A model generated the notes under the pieces. The model was given only the letters and a program-made list of their open reading frames with translations, had not been told where the DNA came from and ran no database searches. Positions 9,633 to 18,887 of a DNA stretch of 64,000 bases are shown here, one piece after another. Each line of letters opens with the position of its first letter. Within the stretch, counting starts at the first letter, position 1. This DNA comes from Spirochaetia bacterium (GTDB taxonomy: Bacteria; Spirochaetota; Spirochaetia; WTKD01; G963693115). The DNA lies in the NCBI GenBank assembly GCA_965226055.1, contig CBDDCA010000005.1, positions 480,001 to 544,000 of the forward strand, in the 5' to 3' direction. The position numbers and the translations under genes were made by a program.

Positions 9633-11231
9633 TTATAACACATTATTTTTAATAAGCTCATGTAATGTATATGAATTGCTACCCTTTAAGATAACTGCAG
9701 TTTGATGTTTAGGCAATGATTGTATTATTGAGCGTATAAAGTCCTTTGCTTCATGAACAGTATTATAACAATGTTCAAGAGCTATATGTGAAAATTGATA
9801 TTCTTTTCCTATCCACACAACATGGGTAAGAGCAAGTGATTGAACAAAACGCACTAAGCGTACATGAAGATCATTACTAAAAGTTCCTAATTCTTTCATA
9901 CCTCCTAGTATTGCTATTGTATAGGTATACGATAAACTGACAAACCACTGTAAAGTGCATTGCATTGCTTCATAATTTGCATTATAAGAATCATCTATAA
10001 CAAGAGGTTCTTTACTTCTAATTTCAAACCTTTGCTTTTCATGCTGTACCCCTTTTAGTGATACAATACTCTCACTAAGAGAATATCCAAGATATTCTGT
10101 AACTTGTAGACTTGTATAAATATTAGCTATATTACTTGCACCAATAAAAGTATCAAGTACTATATGGATATTCTTATCAGCTGACTGTTTCTCTCCATCA
10201 CTTGTAGTATATGTAATGTCTATACCCTGTAGCTGCATATCTTGAATATGTAATTCTGCAGGCATAGATTTTTTTCCAAATAAAGTATAAGAAATGCCCT
10301 GTTTGTCAGCCATAGCTTGTAACTGTTTGTCTTCTTCTGGCAAAAATAACATTTTTGTTTGATGACGATGCTTTGCTATCTTTAGTTTTTCTGCTTGTAA
10401 TTCTTGCTTACTTGCATAGCCTCCTAAATGAGCAGTACCAACATTGGTAAGCACTGCAATGTCAGGAACAATCATATCCACCAACATATCCATTTCTCCT
10501 GTGGTGGAGATTCCATATTCCAATACAGCGTACCGAACATTATCCCATGACGCATTTAACACACTTATTGCTAAGCCTTGTATAGTATTTAAGTTCTTAA
10601 TAGAGTATACGGTGGGATGAAAATGCTGTAATATATGCACAAGCATGTCTTTTGTGGTAGTCTTGCCCATACTTCCACTAATTGCAATAATAGTAACAGT
10701 ATCTCTCTGTTTATTGATAGTATCTGTAGTAAGCAACATGAGCGCTTTCGTGCTATCTCTTACTACTATAAGAGTAATATTTGGAGACAAGAGAGATTGT
10801 ACAAACTCTTGAAATGCAGTGTCCTGCGTAGTATTCCTAGACATATTTTCAAAATGGACATCATATTCTGTAGCATAGTGTAACATATCCTGAGAAACAG
10901 TACCATTATTTTGTATGTGTTGATGTAAAAACTTTCTAAAAGCAACAATATCAATTACTGCAACAGACGCATGACTATCCATTACTTCCTGTATATAAGT
11001 ACCTCCATTAGTATAGTTTCCTGCTAACCCAAAAAAAAGAGTATGTGCAGAAACATTTCTTGAATCAATACTGACAAAGTTCCAGAAGGCTTCTTTGTTT
11101 CCGTATACTGCATATGCTAATTTTTGCTTACAAAAAACATCAATAAGCTCCTGTACTGTATGACGTGACACATTTCCTTTTGTATGAGACATAGTATTCT
11201 GTAATGGCTGTTTTTCTTCTTGTGTATTCAT
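9633..11231 (-). CDS. murF: UDP-MurNAc-tripeptide--D-Ala-D-Ala ligase
   Basis: SIDSR, P-loop GSMGKTTTK, NVGTAH, DDSYNAN, LGGMKELG, KGS; appears to carry an extra insert in the N-terminal domain. Confidence 0.92.
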   Translation of the reverse strand: MNTQEEKQPLQNTMSHTKGNVSRHTVQELIDVFCKQKLAYAVYGNKEAFWNFVSIDSRNVSAHTLFFGLAGNYTNGGTYIQEVMDSHASVAVIDIVAFRKFLHQHIQNNGTVSQDMLHYATEYDVHFENMSRNTTQDTAFQEFVQSLLSPNITLIVVRDSTKALMLLTTDTINKQRDTVTIIAISGSMGKTTTKDMLVHILQHFHPTVYSIKNLNTIQGLAISVLNASWDNVRYAVLEYGISTTGEMDMLVDMIVPDIAVLTNVGTAHLGGYASKQELQAEKLKIAKHRHQTKMLFLPEEDKQLQAMADKQGISYTLFGKKSMPAELHIQDMQLQGIDITYTTSDGEKQSADKNIHIVLDTFIGASNIANIYTSLQVTEYLGYSLSESIVSLKGVQHEKQRFEIRSKEPLVIDDSYNANYEAMQCTLQWFVSLSYTYTIAILGGMKELGTFSNDLHVRLVRFVQSLALTHVVWIGKEYQFSHIALEHCYNTVHEAKDFIRSIIQSLPKHQTAVILKGSNSYTLHELIKNNVL

Positions 11232-11264
11232 ACTCTCACTTATGTACTCTTTATTGTATCCATA

Positions 11265-11546
11265 CTATTCTGTAGCATAGCTTGGAACCTCTTCTATATC
11301 AAGAACTATTGTTTTTTCTGGGGTAATTTCTGACATAGAAAGTGCTTCTTTTAGCTTAAACAGATAATGAGGACTTTTATAGTATTCTATTGTTGCAATT
11401 TTCCTTTTATTCTCATCAATAAACTGTAGTTGCTTTTCGGCTAAATCTTTTTTTTGTAAGTAGTAATCAAAATATGCTCCTGATACTACTAATTTAACAA
11501 TCATAATAAATAGAGTTATAAGAACAAGTACTACTAATTTTCTCAT
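11265..11546 (-). CDS. FtsL-like bitopic coiled-coil protein
   Basis: 93 aa, N-terminal TM plus coiled coil, directly after rsmH (ftsL position). Confidence 0.6.
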   Translation of the reverse strand: MRKLVVLVLITLFIMIVKLVVSGAYFDYYLQKKDLAEKQLQFIDENKRKIATIEYYKSPHYLFKLKEALSMSEITPEKTIVLDIEEVPSYATE

Positions 11547-12532
11547 ACAATTTTTTCTAACACCCGTAATTTTGCACTTCTACTAGCTTTATTTGCATTT
11601 ACTTCATCAGTACTAGGAACAAGAGGCTTTTTATGCAACGCTACTCCACTATTAGAATATATATTATTGATGTTCGGAAAAAATTCGCTTATCTTTAGCT
11701 TCCCTTGAACAATACGAGAAAAATGCTTTACTATTCTATCTTCTAGGGAATGAAATGATATAACTGCCATTCTCCCTCCTTTCGCAAGGAGAGACCACGC
11801 TACAGGTAAGGCACGCTGTATTCGTAGCAGCTCATTGTTCACTTCTATACGCAACGCTTGAAAGAGTCGAGAAAGTATACTTCTGTCCTGCATTTTTTTT
11901 CCTAACTGTAAAGCATGGCATATATCACTCACGCTTTGTATGTGCTGTTCTTTTCTATACGACTGTATTCTTCTTGCCCATTTTACTGCTTGACGTTCTT
12001 CTCCATACATACGAAATACGGTACTTAACTCATGCTCTGTGTAAGTATTTACAATATCGAATGCTTTTGTTGTTTCTTTATTATTAAGACGCATATCCAA
12101 AAATTCATCGCCTTGCCAACTAAATCCTCGTTGAGAATGTATAAAATGGTACATCGAAACACCTAAATCAAAAAGAATTGCCTGCACTGTACTATTTTTT
12201 TGTTGCAAATGAGAAAATAAATCATCAAACCACATATTATAAAACTGTACACAATGTGTATACTCTATAAGATTTTTTTGTGCCATAGCAAGCATTTCAG
12301 AGTCTACATCATTTGCTATTAGTGTAAAACAAGGATCTGCTATAGATGAGGCACACTGTTCTTGATAAGAACAATTATCATATAATGATAATAAACGAAG
12401 CGAATGACCACCAAGACCAACAGTGGCATCAACACATATATTCTTTGTTGTATGCATTGATAAACAAGGAAACAAATATTTTGTAACCTCTGCGTCCATA
12501 ACCGGAGTGTGGACAGTACCACTGTTTAGAAT
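11543..12532 (-). CDS. rsmH: 16S rRNA m4C1402 methyltransferase (start extended to probable ATT at 12532)
   Basis: DATVGLGGHS, DLGVS, LFQALRIEVNNEL, ISFHSLEDRIVK, SRSAKLR. The conserved HTPV motif lies upstream of the ATG at 12499. Confidence 0.92.
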   Translation of the reverse strand: MLNSGTVHTPVMDAEVTKYLFPCLSMHTTKNICVDATVGLGGHSLRLLSLYDNCSYQEQCASSIADPCFTLIANDVDSEMLAMAQKNLIEYTHCVQFYNMWFDDLFSHLQQKNSTVQAILFDLGVSMYHFIHSQRGFSWQGDEFLDMRLNNKETTKAFDIVNTYTEHELSTVFRMYGEERQAVKWARRIQSYRKEQHIQSVSDICHALQLGKKMQDRSILSRLFQALRIEVNNELLRIQRALPVAWSLLAKGGRMAVISFHSLEDRIVKHFSRIVQGKLKISEFFPNINNIYSNSGVALHKKPLVPSTDEVNANKASRSAKLRVLEKIV

Positions 12533-12981
12533 TTGATGGACCCTCCCAGTTCCCTTATCGCTTCAACTTTCAACGGTTCTTGTTTTTCCATATAATGTTC
12601 ATAATTACTTGGCTCCCATAGTTCAAAGTATTGCACCATTCCCACCATGATAGCCTTGTCTTTTATTCCAATCCTATCCAGTAATTGCTGATTTATACTC
12701 AACCTTCTTGTTTTTTCCTCTATTTCCTGTTCAAAAGAAAAAGATACAAAATATCGCATAAGAGCCTTATTAGTAGACTCATCAAGAGGAGAAGAATTAC
12801 TCGTTATACGCTGCACTAACTGTTGCCAGTACTGTCGTGGAGTGATCCAGATACAGCTTCCTTCACACCCTAAATTAACAAATACTCCCCTATCATCCAT
12901 ATGGCTTATTTGCTTAGAAGGAAACGAGAATCTCCCTTTATCATCAATAGTAACAAGATAACTCCCACTAAATATATTCAT
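12526..12981 (-). CDS. mraZ: Division/cell wall cluster transcriptional repressor MraZ
   Basis: FSGSY..TIDDKGR..FP and G....FELW motifs; first gene of the dcw cluster. Confidence 0.92.
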   Translation of the reverse strand: MNIFSGSYLVTIDDKGRFSFPSKQISHMDDRGVFVNLGCEGSCIWITPRQYWQQLVQRITSNSSPLDESTNKALMRYFVSFSFEQEIEEKTRRLSINQQLLDRIGIKDKAIMVGMVQYFELWEPSNYEHYMEKQEPLKVEAIRELGGSIKF

Positions 12982-13049
12982 AATATCACCATATAGCCAT
13001 CATAATAACTTTACTATTACTCTTTCCTATTACATTGCCTTCTTGGTAA

Positions 13050-13100
13050 ATAATACCACTATATTCCATTTTAGTCAACTATTATTCCATTTTTTTCCAC
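13050..13100 (-). promoter_or_regulatory. dcw promoter with MraZ-box-like repeats
   Basis: TTGACT (13073-13078)-17 nt-TATTAT (13050-13055). Overlapping GTGG/ATGG/GTTG units recur every 10-11 bp (13097, 13087, 13076, 13066, 13056). Confidence 0.75.
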
Positions 13101-13176
13101 ATTTTTTATATTTACTTTCTCTTTTTATTCCTTTGTAGTTTCAAAAAAACAGTCTAAAAAATACTATACTTATAGT

Positions 13177-14079
13177 ATGAGTGAAATCGTATTCGGTGGA
13201 ATAGAAACAGGGGGAACTAAACTTATATGTGCAGTTGGTACAAACGATAGTAATTTACAGCATATCACACGAATAGAAAATACTACCTTTGATGAAACAA
13301 TGTCAAAAGTAATCAATTACTTTGATACAATGAAAAAAAAATATAGTATTCCTGCTATAGGAATAGCTAGTTTTGGTCCTATAGACCTGCATACAAATTC
13401 AAAAACATATGGGTATATTACCAATACCCCTAAATTAGAATGGCAAAACAAAGATCTATTAGGAACTATACGCTCTCGTTTAGGGGTAAAAGCAACACTT
13501 GATATTGATGTCAATGGGGCAGCACTGGCAGAAGGAGAATGGGGAAATGCACAAGGACTTTCAAACTATATTTATATTACCGTTGGAACAGGAGTAGGAT
13601 TAGGAGTAGTCATAAACAATCAGCCTCTTCACGGACTTATCCATCCTGAAGGAGGACATATGTTACTTCCGTTACATCCAAAAGATCCTAGCAATGGAGT
13701 TTGCTCTTTTCATAGCTCCTGTCTTGAAGGATTAGCCAGTGCCCCTGCTATCAAAAAACGCTGGAACAAAGATGCTTCAGAACTGCCAGACGAACATTTT
13801 GCATGGGAACTAGAATCGTATTATCTTGCACAAGCCATTTGTAATTTTATACTATGCTTATCACCTCAACGTATTATTCTAGGCGGAGGTGTCATGAAAC
13901 GAAAAGGACTTATTGAAAAAATACGCAATACAGTTATACGCTCCCTTGCTAATTATGTACAACACGATGCAATTCTTAGCAACATTGAAACATATATTGT
14001 AACTCCAAAATTAGAATACTGCGGTGTTTTAGGAGGAATTTTTCTTGCTAAAAAAATACACAGCACTGCGCAACCATGA
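13177..14079 (+). CDS. ROK family kinase, fructokinase-like
   Basis: GIETGGTK, GIASFGP, DVNGAALAE, YITVGTGVG, HPEGGH, CSFHSSCLEGLAS. Confidence 0.92.
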   Translation: MSEIVFGGIETGGTKLICAVGTNDSNLQHITRIENTTFDETMSKVINYFDTMKKKYSIPAIGIASFGPIDLHTNSKTYGYITNTPKLEWQNKDLLGTIRSRLGVKATLDIDVNGAALAEGEWGNAQGLSNYIYITVGTGVGLGVVINNQPLHGLIHPEGGHMLLPLHPKDPSNGVCSFHSSCLEGLASAPAIKKRWNKDASELPDEHFAWELESYYLAQAICNFILCLSPQRIILGGGVMKRKGLIEKIRNTVIRSLANYVQHDAILSNIETYIVTPKLEYCGVLGGIFLAKKIHSTAQP

Positions 14080-14146
14080 TAACACATATGTACATGAAGT
14101 CTATAGTATACAAAAATATAAAAAAGAATCAATAAACATATATACA

Positions 14147-14173
14147 TAAAATTTTCTCATAAATTATCGATAT
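14147..14173 (+). promoter_or_regulatory. Putative sigma28-type promoter
   Basis: TAAA-15 nt-ATCGATAT. Confidence 0.5.
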
Positions 14174-14267
14174 TTATTATAAAAACTCAATCAATGCATT
14201 TCTATTTCTGTATTATTTTTAAGTAGTAATTAATATATAAAGTAAAGTATTGTTAATAGCTAACATG

Positions 14268-14295
14268 CAAAACACTATTGGTGTTTTGTTTTTTT
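14268..14295 (+). terminator. Intrinsic terminator-like hairpin immediately before an RBS
   Basis: CAAAACAC-TATTG-GTGTTTTG followed by T7, then GGAGG and ATG at 14312. Confidence 0.6.
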
Positions 14296-14311
14296 ATTGG
14301 AGGTATTTGCT

Positions 14312-15253
14312 ATGGGACAATATCAGGATACTCTGTGTATAACCCATTTATTTTTACAATATTCTGAAAAACAAAAAGAGAACATACCAGATGCACAATT
14401 TTATTATGATGAATTATTTAGTGCAATTAGAAAACATGTATATACATATCCACAAAGACTTAACTCACATAACACTCTTGAAATAAGCAGTGAATTTCTT
14501 ATATTCATGGAAAATAAAATTAACTCTTATATTAGTAATTTTGAATATACAGGAGTCCCTTTTGAATACTACTTAAATACTATCTTAAAATTTCAATTCT
14601 ATAGTTTCTTAAAACAATATAAACAAGAAATACAGGAATATAAGTTTTTTGAAAATGCTTCTGTGTACAACATTTTGGATATACCAACATATACTAATGA
14701 ACAATCTATAAAATATGAAAAGCCAGAAATGTCCCTTCCTTTTGCCATTAAAACACTTAATGATATTGTAAAAAATTCAAAACACAGCAAAGCTTTCAAA
14801 AAACGTCTATGGTGGTTTACATTAAAATATATGCATATTCTAAAAGAAAGCAATATTACTATATTATTACAGACCTGTGAAGAAAGCATGTCAAAATTTT
14901 TATTTTTTAAGTCACGGTTAAAAAAGCACATCACAGCGTATGAAGAAAAGATACATAAAATTAGAATACAAAAAAATCTCTATTTTTCTAAATGTAGAAA
15001 AATAGAACTTCGATTAGAAGAGACATTAACAAACAAAGAATATGAAAAACTACAGAATCTTTTACAAAAATATAAAGCACGGTATCAAGCAATATTTGAA
15101 AAATATGAAAGATATAGCGTACAGGCACTCATTTCTAATGAAGAGTTATCTCAGTTATTACATGTACCAAAAGGAACAATTGATTCTGGACTTTATTTCT
15201 TTCATATCAAATGTAAGGAGCAGTATAAAAACCATGCCTATACACTAAAATAA
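14312..15253 (+). CDS. Divergent sigma-factor-like protein with C-terminal region-4-like HTH
   Basis: C-terminal SNEELSQLLHVPKGTIDSGLY resembles a sigma70 region 4.2 HTH; central coiled coil; ATG 14312 has SD GGAGG. Confidence 0.55.
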   Translation: MGQYQDTLCITHLFLQYSEKQKENIPDAQFYYDELFSAIRKHVYTYPQRLNSHNTLEISSEFLIFMENKINSYISNFEYTGVPFEYYLNTILKFQFYSFLKQYKQEIQEYKFFENASVYNILDIPTYTNEQSIKYEKPEMSLPFAIKTLNDIVKNSKHSKAFKKRLWWFTLKYMHILKESNITILLQTCEESMSKFLFFKSRLKKHITAYEEKIHKIRIQKNLYFSKCRKIELRLEETLTNKEYEKLQNLLQKYKARYQAIFEKYERYSVQALISNEELSQLLHVPKGTIDSGLYFFHIKCKEQYKNHAYTLK

Positions 15254-15359
15254 TTGCATTTTTTTCATCATAATAGTGCATAATCATATATACTATATTT
15301 AATAGTAACATTACTAAAAACAATATGTATGATAGTTACTATAATAACTAATACATTAA

Positions 15360-15433
15360 CGGGCTGTAGCGTAGTTGGTTAGCGCACTAGTCTGGGGGAC
15401 TAGGGGTCGCTGGTTCGAGTCCAGTCAGCCCGA
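15360..15433 (+). tRNA. tRNA-Pro (GGG)
   Basis: Acceptor CGGGCTG/CAGCCCG, anticodon arm CTAGT-CTGGGGG-ACTAG, GGTTCGAGTCC T-arm; no encoded CCA. Confidence 0.96.
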
Positions 15434-15476
15434 TTATTTTTATCCTCATACCAGATCAAAGGAGTATAATCATTAC

Positions 15477-17882
15477 ATGAAACTTGAATATCTTTTATTT
15501 AACACAGTAATCGTTATTTTTCCACTCATATCCTCAATAGTTATCAGTATTCAAAAAACACAAGAAGCAAAACAAAAACGAAAAGCATTATTTTTTTTCT
15601 TTATAAGTTGTTTCATAACCGCTATTCCTTTTATTATCTGGGATGTATATGTTACGGACTTACACTGGTATTTTAATAAAAAATATATAACAGGATTACA
15701 TATTTTCAATCTTCCAATAGAAGAAATTCTCTTTTTCTTTACTATCCCCTATGCTACAGGGAGCTTATGGTTGATACTGTTTAATTCACATACACATAAT
15801 GGAGTTGTACACAGTTTTATACAAGACGGATACATGCATAGAGCAAAGGTTGTACATACCATGCGATGGATATATCCTTTGAGTATTGTTCTCCTATTTG
15901 TAGCGTTCTGGCTTCTTACCTATACCTCAAATAGTATAAACATAAACAATCATATTGAAAACGATACTATATATTTTGGCTATACTAAATTGACCGTAAT
16001 TGCACTTTGTCTTGCTATACTCTTTGATTATGCATTGGGCAGTAGATTGCTCCAGCAAATACGCTTTTACCCATTTATAGCACTATATGCTACTCTTAAT
16101 TTCATATTCAATGGGTATCTTACTGGACGCCCTATTGTATTATACAAAGAAGGACAATATTTAGGCATTCGGCTTGGCAGTACCCCTATAGAAGATTTTT
16201 TCTATGGATTAGCTTTGTTTATATTTGTGTTATCTTTACTGCATCACTTTACTGCAACAAAATCTGTTGAATCGCTGTTAAAAAAAATAATTCGCTTTCG
16301 ATTAAAAAATTATAAAATACAATATAACACTATTGATTATTCACTTCCTCTCTATTTATCAGAGAGCATTGCCAATAAAAACAAGAAAATAAAAGTAGCA
16401 GTAATAGGAGGAGGACTTGCAGGAATATCTTCTGCAATTATGCTAGCAGAACGAGGTTTTGAAGTACATCTTTTTGAAAAAAATAAGCATCTTGGAGGAA
16501 AATGTGGTGCATGGAAAAAAAATATAACAGGGATAGAAAACAGTACTATTGATCATGGATTCCATGGCTTTTTCCCTTGCTACTATAACTTACTTGATTT
16601 TTTAAGAACACATAACATACTACAAAAACATACTAAACGTATAGACAGATACACCATAGTAAACAAAGAACAAAAAATTACTCATCTTGATAATGCTTCT
16701 ACTACTCCTATCTACAACCTATTTGATTTACATAAAAAAAAGGTATTCAATCTCTTTCGTGCATTTTTTACTATTTCTAATCTTAAACTTATAGCAACAC
16801 TTAATTTTGATACACATAAAACTATTAAAAAGTATGATGATATTTCATTTCTTGATTTTAAAAAGCAAGCTCACTTACATACAGATATATCTTTTATTTT
16901 AACAATATTTGCTCGTGCTTTTTTTGCAAGTGAAGACAAACTTTCAACGGCACAGCTACTTAAGAATTTTCATATATATTACTTAAGCAATAACGAAGGG
17001 TTATTATATCATTACATATATCCCAATTATATAGATGGTTTTCTTACACCATTACAAGAGCTAATGGAACAGTATTCCATTACTATCCACAACAATACCC
17101 CTATTCATACTATCACAAGAGAACATAGTGATAATACCATGTATACATTCAATATAGAAGATGAAAATCACACTGTATACAAACAGTATAATGAAGTTAT
17201 TATTGCAAGCGATATACATGCCACTAAAAAAATTGTAGAAAATAGCCCTTGTTTTACTACTGCCTTACACAATCATACAGAAACAAATAATGCTACTAAT
17301 CAGATACAATCTCAAACAGTCACACAACAACTACAACATATTCCCATCAACCAAAGGTACTCTGTGTATCGCATTTGGATAAAAAATTGTACTATCCCTT
17401 TCGATAAATATTCTTTATTTACCAGTTTTGAGCGAATACACATATTAGATACAATCGCACAAGTAGATTTTTATGACGATGCTAGCAAAGTATGGGCAAA
17501 AGAGAATAACGGACATGTATTAGAATTACATTGTTATGCCGTGCCAGACTCTCTGCATGATGAACAAAGCATAAAAGAAGCGTTCTTACAAGACTTAGCA
17601 TATTATTTTTCTCAATTTACTCCTGATACTTTAGTGCATGAGGATTTACAGATAAACGATAATTTTACCCCATTTACTGTTGGACTTGATTCATATAAAC
17701 CTACAACTGACTCTGGTATTAAGGGCTGTTACTTTGCAGGAGATTGGGTATCACTCCCTGTACCATGTAGCTTACTAGAAGCCGCTCATACAAGTGCCCG
17801 ATTTGCAGCAAATAAGATAGTATCAAAGTATGATTTACAAGAATTTTCTATACATTCCGTTCCATTAAAAGGACTCATATAA
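15477..17882 (+). CDS. Fusion of two membrane lycopene cyclase (CrtYc/Yd-type) domains and a CrtU-like FAD-dependent carotenoid desaturase
   Basis: N-terminal TM region has two cyclase motifs (WD...W.FN...G..I..LPIEEILFF and NGYLT..PIVLY......G.RLGSTPIEDFFY). C-terminal region has GGGLAG (FAD), HGFHGFF..YYNL, AFFA....LS.A.L...FHIYYL.N.EGLL, VLELHCYA and FAGDWV..P....LE.A..S...AAN. Confidence 0.85.
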   Translation: MKLEYLLFNTVIVIFPLISSIVISIQKTQEAKQKRKALFFFFISCFITAIPFIIWDVYVTDLHWYFNKKYITGLHIFNLPIEEILFFFTIPYATGSLWLILFNSHTHNGVVHSFIQDGYMHRAKVVHTMRWIYPLSIVLLFVAFWLLTYTSNSININNHIENDTIYFGYTKLTVIALCLAILFDYALGSRLLQQIRFYPFIALYATLNFIFNGYLTGRPIVLYKEGQYLGIRLGSTPIEDFFYGLALFIFVLSLLHHFTATKSVESLLKKIIRFRLKNYKIQYNTIDYSLPLYLSESIANKNKKIKVAVIGGGLAGISSAIMLAERGFEVHLFEKNKHLGGKCGAWKKNITGIENSTIDHGFHGFFPCYYNLLDFLRTHNILQKHTKRIDRYTIVNKEQKITHLDNASTTPIYNLFDLHKKKVFNLFRAFFTISNLKLIATLNFDTHKTIKKYDDISFLDFKKQAHLHTDISFILTIFARAFFASEDKLSTAQLLKNFHIYYLSNNEGLLYHYIYPNYIDGFLTPLQELMEQYSITIHNNTPIHTITREHSDNTMYTFNIEDENHTVYKQYNEVIIASDIHATKKIVENSPCFTTALHNHTETNNATNQIQSQTVTQQLQHIPINQRYSVYRIWIKNCTIPFDKYSLFTSFERIHILDTIAQVDFYDDASKVWAKENNGHVLELHCYAVPDSLHDEQSIKEAFLQDLAYYFSQFTPDTLVHEDLQINDNFTPFTVGLDSYKPTTDSGIKGCYFAGDWVSLPVPCSLLEAAHTSARFAANKIVSKYDLQEFSIHSVPLKGLI

Positions 17883-17894
17883 GAAAAATAATAA

Positions 17895-17968
17895 TGGGCC
17901 CACTAGGACTTGAACCTAGGACACACGGATTATGAGTCCGTTGCTCTAACCAGCTGAGCTATAGGCCC
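17895..17968 (-). tRNA. tRNA with CAT anticodon, probably tRNA-Ile2 (lysidine)
   Basis: GGGCCTATAGCTCAG...ACGGA-CTCATAA-TCCGT...GGTTCAAGTCC...TGGGCCCA; acceptor stem and loop typical of Ile2. Confidence 0.9.
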
Positions 17969-17977
17969 TTTAGCTTT

Positions 17978-18006
17978 ATTGTATAGTAATTCATAAATAA
18001 AAGCAA
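17978..18006 (-). promoter_or_regulatory. Sigma70 promoter of the tRNA(CAT) gene
   Basis: TTGCTT-17 nt-TACAAT on the minus strand just upstream of the tRNA. Confidence 0.6.
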
Positions 18007-18077
18007 TGCCAATGTAATGTAAAAATATCAGCTTAATTGAAGGATCATATTAAGTACTATTGTTATATACTATTATT

Positions 18078-18443
18078 ATGATAGATGGCACAGAAGAAAT
18101 GAGAAAAACATTAGAAAGATTTAATTTAAATTCAGTTGAAGATAAAGAAAAAATTGATTTTTTATTGTTATCATCTCGTAATTTTAATCAAGTATTAAAA
18201 AATGTTAGGCTACAATCTGAAACTCCACCAGTCGAGTTAGGAGAAATATATAATGAGAATATATACACAATAAAATCAACTATTATTATTACTTTACTTA
18301 AAGCAATCATTGAAAGAAAAAAACAACTTGATAGATTAGCACATTATATTGATAAGGGAATACATCATATATATAGAGGAATAATATGTATTTCTGTAAC
18401 TATTAGTATAATTATTTTGAATGTATTGATCAGTTTATTCTAA
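18078..18443 (+). CDS. Hypothetical protein with C-terminal TM helix
   Basis: ORF with ATG at 18078 preceded by TATACT-N6; C-terminal hydrophobic helix. Confidence 0.55.
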   Translation: MIDGTEEMRKTLERFNLNSVEDKEKIDFLLLSSRNFNQVLKNVRLQSETPPVELGEIYNENIYTIKSTIIITLLKAIIERKKQLDRLAHYIDKGIHHIYRGIICISVTISIIILNVLISLF

Positions 18444-18617
18444 TGGCTCTAAACTTTCTGTGAAATATTCATAGTCTTTTAGTTCTATAGTGGGGATATT
18501 AGTATTATACACAGGCTTGTCTGTCTCATTTTTACTATATCCTGAACCGGGCGGTATATCTTTATTGGTATCATCAATGTTACTATGTGTATTTTTTGAT
18601 GTATTATACTCACTCAT
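18435..18617 (-). CDS. Small hydrophilic hypothetical protein (60 aa)
   Basis: MSEYNTSK...; ATG 18617 preceded by TATTAT-N6; converges on 18078..18443. Confidence 0.4.
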   Translation of the reverse strand: MSEYNTSKNTHSNIDDTNKDIPPGSGYSKNETDKPVYNTNIPTIELKDYEYFTESLEPLE

Positions 18618-18887
18618 ATATACATAATAGTAAATTACTATTATGTATGTCAATTTTACATATCTGCTGATTCAAGTGCTAATTGCGACAGAAAAGGCTT
18701 TAGCAGTAATCCAATAGAATTTCGAATCATCCTTTTTCCTATAATACAATATACAGCACAGGAGCTTTTGAAGAAGAGCCAACAAGATCTACTTTACATA
18801 ATGAATGCAACACAGAGGTAGACAAACAATATCTTCCAATTTTAGAGAAAATACATTGCCTTTACCCTTGCTGCAGACTACTTATAC

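Noticed and set aside
14180-14295. Known riboswitch in the leader of the sigma-like gene
   Set aside because: No match by eye to c-di-GMP, preQ1, fluoride, TPP, SAM or purine aptamer cores; kept only as a generic attenuator hypothesis.
15375-15476. ORF-track N-terminal extension of the carotenoid gene
   Set aside because: It runs through tRNA-Pro; ATG 15477 has both an SD and a -10-like motif.
15360-17968. Integrative island bounded by the tRNAs
   Set aside because: No integrase and no duplicated tRNA 3' end (att site) seen.
18660-18885. Unassigned intergenic stretch that looks like decayed coding sequence
   Set aside because: No frame gave a recognisable motif or RNA structure.
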